Source of the DNA: Paraphysomonas bandaiensis
Lineage: Eukaryota > Protista > Chrysophyceae
Assembly: GCA_965644295.1 (NCBI GenBank)
Contig: CBFFRP010000645.1
Location: 131,326 to 195,325, forward strand
DNA: 64,000 nucleotides
Reading direction: 5' to 3'
The number at the start of each line of letters is the position of its first letter. The first letter of the stretch is position 1. Below the pieces are notes generated by a model that saw nothing but the letters and a program-made list of their open reading frames with translations, was not told the origin of the DNA and did no database searches. This document shows, piece by piece, positions 29,022 to 39,800 of this stretch. A program made the translations under genes and the position numbers.

Positions 29022-29511
29022 TATGTATGTATGTATGTATGTATGTATGTATGTATGTATGTATGTATGTATGTATGTATGTATGTATGTATGTATGTAT
29101 GTATGTATGTATGTATGTATGTATGTATGTATGTATGTATGTATGTATGTATGTATGTATGTATGTATGTATGTATGTATGTATGTATGTATGTATGTAT
29201 GTATGTATGTATGTATGTATGTATGTATGTATGCATGTATGTATGTATGTATGTATGTATGTATGTATGTATGTATGTATGTATGTATGTATGTATGTAT
29301 GTATGTATGTATGTATGTATGTATGTATGTATGTATGTATGTATGTATGTATGTATGTATGTATCTATGTATGTATGCATGTATGTATGTATGTATGTAT
29401 GTATGTATGTATGTATGTATGTATGTATGTATGTATGTATGTATGTATCTATGTATGTATGCATGTATGTATGTATGTATGTATGTATGTATGTATGTAC
29501 TCTGTATGTAT
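29022..29511. repeat. (TATG)n microsatellite, ~490 bp
   Basis: Near-perfect tetranucleotide run. Confidence 0.99.
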
Positions 29512-30648
29512 GATGTGAAAACGTTATGGGTTTTCCTCATGTAAAAAACCTCTTCATGAAACCTATGTTTTCATGCAAAAGTCGCTACTTTTATATAAGA
29601 AATATGCCATTATTCAGCACTATAATCATTAATCTATACAAGTCATGAATGGATATGTATCGGCACCCTTTGTATATTTTTGTTCCAAGATGCCTCTAAT
29701 ATTGAGGCAAGAATTCTCTGTATTCCAGCCATAGTTTTATTGCAGTAATACAGAGTATATTTACTTCAATTAATTCCCGAAAATTGAGATGCTGGCTGCT
29801 CATATGTAATCCACCATACAACTACGATATCACCATCTTGTCATATATGAGCATGATAATAATCTCTACTATAAAAATAATTCTTGCAATGGATTCCACA
29901 TCATGAATATGTACTACACACATGGATATTCCCTTTTTCCAGGTGATTATTCATGAATAACACAAAAATGACAGTCTATTAAATCAAAATGAAACACTTT
30001 GTTAACTATTAAAGTCACAATAGAGTCTTAAACAAACTAGTAGACTATTTCATAATATAATGAATACGTTCTTATTATTAAGATTATTTATACGATGTAT
30101 TTCAGATTGGTGTGTATTTTATTACCCCATCTGATGATTGATTTGTCATTATATGCGTATACGTCGATTATATTGTTTATACTGCGTCAAGCATTGATCT
30201 ATTGAATACATTTTGTATGTAGTTACACCAACAATTCCGTAGTGGTATCCTCTCGAGTGGTTTCTTGGAATTTACATACAGTTATACATTATTATAAGAC
30301 AGACATACAGTTCAATCATCTTAGTGTTAATATATTAAAGATTTATATGATTATATGATTATATTTCATCTAATCATCTCAATATCTTCAGTGTTCATGT
30401 TATATGGTCAATCATGTTGTATGATCATGTATAGATGTGATGTGTAATGATTATGGATTAGAGATATAGCTAACATGTCAATAGATTGTATTAAGAGTAT
30501 GGATATACATGTATGTTATAACGTTGAGGTGTTAAAACTAATCATAGACTATATATAAGAGTTAGAGTCAGGTTCATATGCTATAGGTAGGGCTAGAGAG
30601 GACTGGGTGTGGTTATGAGATGTGGGAACTCGCTCAAGAGAATAAAAT

Positions 30649-30722
30649 TAGTGATGGAGGCCGAGCCGAAGCCGGCTTCGGCTAAAATATTCGGCCTGAA
30701 CCGGCTCGGCTAAAGCCGGTTG
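30649..30722 (+). mobile_element. Possible hAT-type DNA transposon terminus (relic)
   Basis: TAGTGATG start followed by GC-rich agccg/cggct subterminal-like repeats and a perfect 20-bp palindrome at 30664-30683; no partner end found. Confidence 0.35.
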
Positions 30723-31197
30723 GAATGTATACTGCTGTAGGATGTAGGACTACCCACCAATATACAGTGTATATACTGTACGACAGTAATCATATAATAC
30801 AGGACATATACATATATATACTGTATATATGTGGACAATGGACAATTCTGAATGTGTCGATGTCCTCCGACCTCACGATTAACTGTTACTGGATACTGGC
30901 GATTTAAAGAAATAGCAAGTATAATCTATAATCTAATATAAACATACCAACAACTTAACTTCTGAACTCATTATGATCAGCCCAATTTGTTTGTCCATGA
31001 ATTCACCATCTTCTGAAGGTAGCGCTGTTGTGTTAGATTGTGGCACAGGTGGTTTGATTTTAGAAGGCGGTGATGAGAGTGTAACAAGCATTTGAAGAGC
31101 GTAACAGAAGTTGACATTATTTGGTAAGGCTTGATATTCTCAATTGACAAGATGAAATTATAAACATTACATGATAAAGAACCTAAGTTGTATTCGA

Positions 31198-33405
31198 TGT
31201 GTTCAACACCACTCATTTACTACTTTACTACTGTAGTGTACAAACCACAGCCTCAGTAATCGTATCCTGTATAGCTGTATAGTCACCAACTTCTACTTCA
31301 GTTTCATACTACACAATATAATGTACTCATTACATATATATCTTTCGATCCTTGTATCTCACATAATACTGCACTCAATAGCAAGTATATAGAATCTTCA
31401 GATCTCAACACTCCCCCTCAATTGAGTGTTGTACCATGACGCCTCCTAGCTATTGTATGCCTGAGATAAAAATTCTTGACAGTAAAATAGACTCATCTCT
31501 AAGTCTAAACCTCTGTCTAAAAACTCAGTGCCTACTTGCGTCTTCTTTATCTCTTGGTCCCTCATTAATCACTTCAATGGAACTCTTAATTTTCTCTCCA
31601 AGATTCTCCTTCTCTGCTCCATGTATGATAAACCAACCAATGACTTTGTACAAATATCTGCTGCTTGTTGCGATGTATGCACATGCACTAACTTAATCGT
31701 ATTGAACTGATTGGGATCCACGTGCTCTCTCACCATGTGATACATAATCTTAATATGTGCTTCGACTTCTTGTGAAACGCTGGGTTTTCGGCCAAATCCT
31801 GGGCACTCTGACTGTCGATGAAGAATGGTGCGGGTCTGATGAGCCTCAACTTATTCTCACCCGTCACCCCCCGAACCCATAGCACTTCTTGGAGACCCGA
31901 GTAAATACACTGATACTCAGACTGCATGCTTGACGTTGCCACTGTCGTCTGCAATTTGGACTGCCAGACTATAGGCCCTCCCGCTGCAAACCCAACGTAC
32001 CCCGACGTGGACTTCCTGGACAGCTGGTCTCCCGCCCAATCTGCGCAGAAAGCATATGGAAGTCGAACCGTCTGCTCCCATATTGAATCCCTTTGTCAAT
32101 AGAGCCACGAATATATTGCCATACGTATGTTAATAACTTGCATACTTCAATATTCACCTCATTACTGAACCGAGACAGTACTCTCCGACTGCATGCTTGA
32201 CGTTGCCACTGTCGTCTGCAATTTGGACTGCCAGACTATAGGCCCTCCCGCTGCAAACCCAACGTACCCCGACGTGGACTTCCTGGACAGCTGGTCTCCC
32301 GCCCAATCTGCGTCAGAAAACATATGGAAGTCGAACCGTCTGCTCCCATATTGAATCTCTTTGTCAATAGAACCACGAATATATTGCCATACATATGTTA
32401 ATAGTTTGCATACTTCAATATTCACCTCATTACTGAACCGAGACAGTACTCCCATTGCATAGGCAATATCCGGCCTCGTGTTCATCGATAGATATAGTAT
32501 TGCACCTATCAGCGGCTCAGCGGTCGATATGGGAAGTTATCTACTATAAGCTGTTCCTCCTCGGTATGCTCATGCCACGCCCCTTTTGCCACTAAATCTA
32601 CATATTGCTTCCGCTGGTAGAGGACTCGTCCGTACCTTCCGCGGTGGCCCAAGGTTCTTTTCAAACTTTTCTAAGATCTTAGCCGCATATAGGATTGGTC
32701 ATGACGAATATACTCTGGCGTCCTTGTGACTCGAACATTCAGAAAATGTTCCATCTTGCCCATGTCCTTCATATCAAATCGGGCACACAGTTGAGCTTTA
32801 ATATCCTTCACTATATTGACATCACGACCTAAAGCTAGGATATCATCCACATATATCATTAATAATACCAATTCAACGCCCTTATACTGATAATACAAAC
32901 ACGGGTCTATTACACATGGTTTAAAATGCATAGATCGTATGAATTTATCCAATGTTTTCCACCACGACCGCGAGGAACTCCGAAGCCCGTATAACAACAT
33001 CTTCAACTTAAAGCAGTACCCCTTAGGCAGCTGAAAGTACGGAGTTGCCTTCATATATACGTCCCCCTCTATATCTGCATATTGAAATGCGTTAGACACA
33101 CCCAGTTGATGAATTACCATGTTCACCACGAAGGCTATGGATTAACAGTCGCACTGTTACCCCCATAATAACGGGAGCAAAATGGTTCGCCCAAGCACTC
33201 GACTGCTGTCCACAACCGATTGCTACAAGACGAGCCTTATATCGGCGGACCTCTCCCGCCTTATCGTACATCTTTCCATAGACGTACTTGGAGTGCAGTG
33301 GGACGACTCCGTCCGGTATACGAGTCACCTCCACGGTGTCTCGCTTCGCCAGACCCTCTCGCTCTGCTCGTCTCCACTCCCTGTGCTCGGCACTCTCCAA
33401 GGGCT
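31198..33405 (-). mobile_element. Decayed Ty1/Copia retrotransposon, 3' part (RT, RNase H, PPT, probable 3' LTR)
   Basis: RYKARLVA, NAFQYAD, LYGLR, IYVDD, FDMKDMG, TRPDIAY, SDADWAG..RKSTSG, FHKKSKHI, with frameshifts and stops; PPT TTGAGGGGGAG abuts TGTTGAG at 31410; distal LTR end (~31198) uncertain. Confidence 0.88.
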
Positions 33406-34464
33406 TGTGACCACGTGGCATTTCACATGCCTCAGTCACGTGTCTATAGTAAGTGCAAAACTACTAACTACGGGATGAAGACAGAGACGATAGAAGTATC
33501 AGAAACATATCATTATTACGCTACAGATTACTGAAGAACTAGCACTAGGACTGGAGGTACAATTTCCCATAATCTGCCAACAGCTCTTCGCCGGCCGCAA
33601 CTGCCCGAGTGGTCTGCACCCAGACCACGTCCAAGCCGGACTCATCTACTACAAATTCGCAGTTGAAGCGCCAGCCAGCAGCATGGTCAGAAGGATACAC
33701 CGTGTTTATATACCTACCATGATTATGAGGCACCCGGGCCAAATAAGCTTGGGACCCCAGCGGCCAAAGGTAACCCATGTCCCGAGTGTCCCGCTCCGCA
33801 TCTATATAGAAGTCCTTAGCCATCTCAAGTATATATGCTCCCCAGCTGGGACGGGAGGTATACACTTCACCGCTGTAGAGGCAGAAACGCAGTCCTAGCT
33901 CTAAATCCTGTAAGGAGAATAAACCTTGCTGTTCAGGCTTATCGCCCTGAGGGTTGGTGGATCTGTAGTGGCAGACATTGTTTATGCAGCAATGGATATG
34001 ATGTATGTATCTGATGTGGACATTGGTTCTTAGTCTGAGATAGTAGATGTAGGAAAAGCATCATACGGTATGCTGCACACTCACATACATGTTGGTCCAT
34101 TGTAATACAGTAGCAGTACTCTGAATACGCAGTATTCAACGGCTAATTTACAAACTGGCGAGTGTGGTGTGTGGTGTCATCGCGAGTGTGGTGTGTTGTG
34201 CTTGTTCTATGTTGCATTGCTTTACAGCTCAGTGTTTTGTTAAGTGTTGTTCTGTTTGTACACTAGTGTTCTGACTTCACTGGAGGTGGGGTTTGCGCGG
34301 TGATTCTTGGAGGGAGTCACTAGTACAAGCTTGCAACGCTTGACATACTGTTTAGAGTAATAATCATCCTGTTCTCCTGCAATCAGACGTACATATAGCT
34401 CTGGTTAACTCATTGTGTTTGTTTCTGCTGCACAGCCTTGGTTATCAAACCTGGCTGTGTCATA
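33406..34464 (+). repeat. 5' LTR (1059 bp, TGTGAC...GTCATA)
   Basis: No differences from 40958-42016 seen by eye. Confidence 0.95.
33545..34060 (-). CDS. SET-domain (lysine methyltransferase-like) reading frame inside the 5' LTR; start codon unresolved
   Basis: Stop-free frame 34060-33548: RSTNP...QGLFSLQDLELGLRFCLYSGEV...YIL...YIDA...NHGRYINT...NCEF...VWVQTTRAVAAGEELLADYGKLY. Confidence 0.82.
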   Translation of the reverse strand, partial: CFSYIYYLRLRTNVHIRYIHHIHCCINNVCHYRSTNPQGDKPEQQGLFSLQDLELGLRFCLYSGEVYTSRPSWGAYILEMAKDFYIDAERDTRDMGYLWPLGSQAYLARVPHNHGRYINTVYPSDHAAGWRFNCEFVVDESGLDVVWVQTTRAVAAGEELLADYGKLYLQS

Positions 34465-34991
34465 GTAATTAATTACTGAAAAAAGCAGATCAGCGCTGAT
34501 AGTAATTGTTACACATACAACTCATTTTGCAATATTTGCAACACTTGTTATTCTTGCACATTAGAATACTGAGCTTGGCCTTTATTAGCCTCCTCATATT
34601 CGAATAGTTCTTAGAGTCTATAGATTGCATACCAGTGCAAGCTTAGGAATTAAGGAGTGATATCTTGCAGTGTTTGAGAATACATATCCGTGAGCGCGGA
34701 CTCCGTTAGACTGCGTCGTTAAGAGTGTACCTTGAACACTGCAACAAACTCAACATTTTGGAAAACTGCTCTTATCGCATTGACAACTGACCGTCTGCGA
34801 AATGAGTGGATACCTCAATTATTGAGTGGGTGAGATAGACCTTGTAAGAGACTTGCAATACAATTTTATCGCATAGACAACTGACTGCCTGCGAAATACT
34901 TGTACAGCAATATCTACATAGTTTGATCTTGCGATAGCTCCAATAAACCTGAGCCCAAGCTGTCCTGTAATTAATAAGACCGCAATTCAAA

Positions 34992-36794
34992 ATGTCTACT
35001 CCTAGTGGCAAAAGGACCAGCAAGAAGCCGTCCACTGCTCCACGGCGTCCTAAACCAGTGGTACAGGAGGACTCACCAGATAAAATAGATGAAAGTCAAT
35101 ACGAAGAAGCGCCCATGATACCTTCACCTTCTGCCCCAGCATCCTCAGCAACCCAACAGATTCTGGACTCAGTACAGGAGATCCAAGGCACCCTGGGACA
35201 AGTAGCCTTTGCGATATCCAACCTAGACAGTAGGGTACAAGCTCTGGAGAGTTCTAAGAGAGCAGATACACCTGATTCATCAGACACCCAGAGTGATGAC
35301 ACACCTGATTCATTCAGCAGCAAGGGCAGTAAAGCAAATACCACACCCAGGGGAGTCACTAAGCGTGCTAAGAAAGACCGACCAAAACCCCGTTATTCCA
35401 CTTTAGGAGATCTGGCTACATTCAGGAGATTGCCAGAGAAGAAAGAGCAACTGAGTGAGGAGAGCTCCGACTCAGAGCTTGAGGAAGAGGCAGAAGAACA
35501 TTTGGGGCGTCTTGCCAGTGTTTTTGGAGAGAAACGTCCAGGAAAGTTCTTCCGGAATTTGAAACGCAGCGCCAAGGTGGCCCAAGCTAAGACTGTCAAT
35601 ATAACTAGGCTGGAGAAGAAGTGTCACGTCAGGATCGAGACATTCAAACTTGGTAGAGTTTCAAGGGCGATCAAGGAGATTCTGGATTTCCAAGAAGAGG
35701 AAGAAACAGAAGTCCGCATCCAGAAAGTTTTATCTAGAAACCTGAAGGATCACTTGCGTTCCGTCTATGATATTCAACACGCAGAATTAGCTAGCATGGA
35801 CATATCTGACCTCATGAGAATCGTAGCCCTAGAGACGAAAGTTTTCAGCTGTGTTGGGTTTTACAACGAGCTGAAAGAATCTCTCAGCCATATGAAGGTC
35901 ATGGAGTGGGACAATGTCAACGCTGTCAATTTTGAAGCCTTCTATTTTCAACAACTTCGTTTGATAGAATCCTTTAAAAGGATGTTGTCTATCATGTTGG
36001 AAAATGAAAGCAACAGGCGTTGGTGTCCACAGGCTGACGACAAGGAATACGGCCTTATTAGGCTATTTAAAACCCTGAACGACGTCACATATGTGAAATT
36101 TGTTCTAGGTTGTATTCCGAAGAAGAAGTTCGACTTTATGGAAGACTTCTTCAAACTATATACGGAGGTACTGTTAGACCATTACCAGATCACGATTGCT
36201 TATAAACAGTTGCCCTTCAAAGCAACCGTGCAACATCAGGCGAAGTATGAGGAATACATGAAGCGCAAGCGTGAAATGTTTTCTAGACCTAAGTCTGGAG
36301 TGGCAAAGAATTCCACTAGCACCCACTCTTCTACCAGGTTATTTAACATGGAAGAGGAACGGGCTTCTTTTTCTTCCAATGAATTTTCTCATGATGAAGA
36401 AGATTTATGGGATGCCTATGGGGATACATGGAAAAGCAACAACCACAGTACCGATGTTCCTACTGGCGGCAAACCTAATGGCGAGCCAGCGACCGAAACT
36501 TCTGAAGAGAAAGATACATCCGACTCAGAAGGAGCTTTGCAAGCTATGGATGGCCAGAATCCATCTCATAAACCCAAACAAGAGAAGTATGGGTGCATGA
36601 GAAAAATCATGTATGGCAAGTGCGACAAGAGTGATTGTCGTTATAGCCATAATCCTAGAGCTCTCGCCAATACCGCTTCGGAATTGGCTGAGAAATCCCA
36701 AGCTTATTTGAAGACCACTTCTTCAACTTCGGGGTCTCAGGATAAACCTCCTGCTATTTTAAGGAGAGATCGCTTCGGCGACTCTCGTCCTTGA
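34992..36794 (+). CDS. gag: Gag-like protein (600 aa) with C-terminal CCCH finger
   Basis: First long ORF after the LTR; coiled-coil near the N-terminus; CMRKIMYGKCDKSDCRYSH. Confidence 0.8.
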   Translation: MSTPSGKRTSKKPSTAPRRPKPVVQEDSPDKIDESQYEEAPMIPSPSAPASSATQQILDSVQEIQGTLGQVAFAISNLDSRVQALESSKRADTPDSSDTQSDDTPDSFSSKGSKANTTPRGVTKRAKKDRPKPRYSTLGDLATFRRLPEKKEQLSEESSDSELEEEAEEHLGRLASVFGEKRPGKFFRNLKRSAKVAQAKTVNITRLEKKCHVRIETFKLGRVSRAIKEILDFQEEEETEVRIQKVLSRNLKDHLRSVYDIQHAELASMDISDLMRIVALETKVFSCVGFYNELKESLSHMKVMEWDNVNAVNFEAFYFQQLRLIESFKRMLSIMLENESNRRWCPQADDKEYGLIRLFKTLNDVTYVKFVLGCIPKKKFDFMEDFFKLYTEVLLDHYQITIAYKQLPFKATVQHQAKYEEYMKRKREMFSRPKSGVAKNSTSTHSSTRLFNMEEERASFSSNEFSHDEEDLWDAYGDTWKSNNHSTDVPTGGKPNGEPATETSEEKDTSDSEGALQAMDGQNPSHKPKQEKYGCMRKIMYGKCDKSDCRYSHNPRALANTASELAEKSQAYLKTTSSTSGSQDKPPAILRRDRFGDSRP

Positions 36795-36809
36795 GATAAG
36801 GAGGTTAAC

Positions 36810-39800
36810 ATGATTGAGGACCTAGAAGAACATGTGATCAGTGTTTGTGATGGGAATGATGATTGTGATTATCTCCCAGAGGCTAAAACATTGAATACTA
36901 CTTCTTCAAAGGTCCATTTCAAGGATGGAGCTAAGCTGTATGCTTCATATCCTTCAGCCAAGAAATTTTCATCAGCACATACTGTAGGTAGAGTAATTAT
37001 AGACAAGAAGTTCGGAGTGGAAGAATTAGTGAAAGTTTTATGTGACACAGGAGCCCTATCCGCTAACTACGTAGCACGTGATCTTGTGGATAGATTGCGT
37101 ACCAAGCTAGAACCTAGCAGGTTCTACAAGGTCAAACACCGTGTGGTTTTGGCAGACAGTAGAACCGTAAAGGATCTTGACGAAGGGGTTCGATTGAACT
37201 TAGTGTTTACCGATCCCAAGAGTCACACTTACCAGTACACTGGTGAGTTCATCGTGATCGACATGTCATCTAATGACATTATTTTGGGACTACCAGCCCT
37301 CACTGGGAAGCTATACCCTTTCATGTGTGCTGTCATGGAGCAGGCCCATGAGAATCATCTCGAAGATTCGGCTCAAGGGAACCATAATTTGAGTGCCCTA
37401 CAAAATGAGGACATGGAATCCAGAGAGGAACACCGACGTCCCTGGAGTAAAGCGAATGATGCTATCGCTCCAGAAGATAACGAGACTGAGTTACCCGTTC
37501 AATTCAAAGATGCTTTGACATTCCTCGGAAAGTCTAGAGAGGAAGCTCTTAACGACTACTATGAACAAATAGAAACTCACGTCAGTCAGGAGATGAAACA
37601 AGAGACCAACATTATGGATCTCTTATCTTCCAAAGCTGAGAAGGTATTCGTGCCTGATGAGTGGACAGGAGTCCGAGGTGTTGACCCTTTGACTCTTAAG
37701 TGGAAAGAAACTTTACCTGAAAGAATGAAACCCAGAGCCAGGCCGATCAACCCTAAGCTCTGGGAAGCATCCGAAAAGGAGTTCAGGAGACTATGTGGTT
37801 ATTTTTACCAGAAGAGCAGATCTCCTTGGGCTTCATGCTTGGTGGTTGCTCCCAAGGCTACTCCACCTTATATCCGATTCTGCGGGGATTATGTTAACAT
37901 CAACAAGCACATGCAAGTGGGTAATTATACAATTCCCAATGTCAAGCATGAATTGGACAAGATCATCAATTTCCCATTGTATATGGATATCGACTTGACC
38001 AACGCTTTCCATCAGATACCTCTAGCGGAAGAAACATCAGAGAGGCTTTCTATCCAGACGCCATGGGGCCAATATGCGCCAAAGTTCATGCCAGAAGGTA
38101 TTGCGCCGGCTACTGGAATTCTGCAAGAGGTAGTCAGGGAAATATTTGAAGATTTTTCTGACTGGGCCATTGTAATATTTGACAACATGTTGATATTGGC
38201 CAACGACCCTCAAGATGCGTATCAGAAATTTGAGAAAGTGATTGACAGATGCATCGAGAGGAATCTCAAACTGAAAATGCCAAAGAGTTGGCTTGGATTT
38301 AGAAAAGTAGACTTCTTCGGATACGTATGCAGACACAAATCCTATGAAGTCAATCCTGAGAAGAAGGAAGCCCTAGGCAAAATCCCAATGCCTACCAACA
38401 CCAAACAAGCGAGGTCTCTGCTTGGCAAGGGCGTGTTCTTTTCCAGTTTTACCCCTAGATATTCAGACTTGGTTGCTCATCTCACAGATTTGACCAAATC
38501 GAAATTCAATTGGGACAAGACTACGTGGCGGCACGATTATGAGGCTGAATATCGTCGCTTCATAAAAGGCCTGCAAGATTCCTGCGAATTGTTCTACCCA
38601 GACTACAATTTGGAGTGGACACTGCGTACTGACGCTAGTGAGCTAGGAATCGGCTCGGTGCTTCTGCAGAAAAAGATTCTCGCAGATGGAACAGAGCAGT
38701 TGCAACCCATTGCCTTCCTATCAAAGAAGTTTTCAGCTCAGGCTCAGAAATGGGCTACGATAGAGCAAGAAGCTTATGGTATTTACTACAGTGTCAAGCA
38801 CTTAGCGTACTATTTGATTGGGAAGCAGTTCACTATAGAGACTGACCACAATAATCTCTTGTGGATGGAGTCGTCTGAAGTACCTAAGATCACAAGATGG
38901 AGAATTTTCTTGCAATCTTTCAACTTCAGCATTAAACACATATCGGGTGCCAAGAATTGGTTAGCCGATTGGTTATCTCGGGAGCATCAAGTTGCGGCGT
39001 TGTCCGGTATATTCTTAGATGAAGACTATGCCGATGCCTACTTCCTTGGAGAGGACTGCACTGAGGATGAATTTTTTAACTTCTTGGGCAATTTTATGAA
39101 CCCAGAAGACAGGGAAGTATCTCCTCATGCGCAAAGTTCAGTCACTCCCGAGGATGCCTTGCAACAAGTACATAATGCCCGAGTTGGACATCTCGGTGGG
39201 CGAGCCACTTGGATTCGACTTAATAAGCAATTCCCCGGCCATGGAATTCCTTACAAAGTAGTCGAAGACTTCATTGCGAAGTGTCCAAACTGTGTTAAGA
39301 CTAGATTGGCGATGAAAGAAGCGCTGATCCCTATAGTCCGAAACCTTAAGCCTCCGAGCGCTCGGAGTGCTATTGGTATTGATGCGGTAGAAATCACACC
39401 CCATGGTGCTGATGGATACACGCACATTAATGTCGTAGTCAACCTGTTCACCAAGTTAGTTTATCTTGAGCCAGTCAAAGGAGTGACTGCCCTCAACTTG
39501 GCAAACACGGTATGGAAGTATTGGAGTTACTACGGACACACTGATCTTATCATCTCAGATCAGGGTCCTGACCTAACTTCCGATCTTTTCAAACAACTGA
39601 CTGAATATATGGGCGTCCGACACACCTTCAGCATAGCCAACAGGCATGCTAATGGTTGTGAACGCATCATCGGTGAGGTGGTCCGACATTTGCGTGCCCT
39701 AGTATATGAAAACAGCAAGCGTGTAGAACGAAAGGATGTTTTTGAGGATCCCAGCTGGATACCCAGCGCTCAATACATTCTGAATTCAGAAGTCTCATCC

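Noticed and set aside
33092-33439. ORF appearing to start MTEACEMPRGHK
   Set aside because: Chimera of Gypsy LTR sequence read into the Copia RT frame; 41962-42288 is the reciprocal chimera
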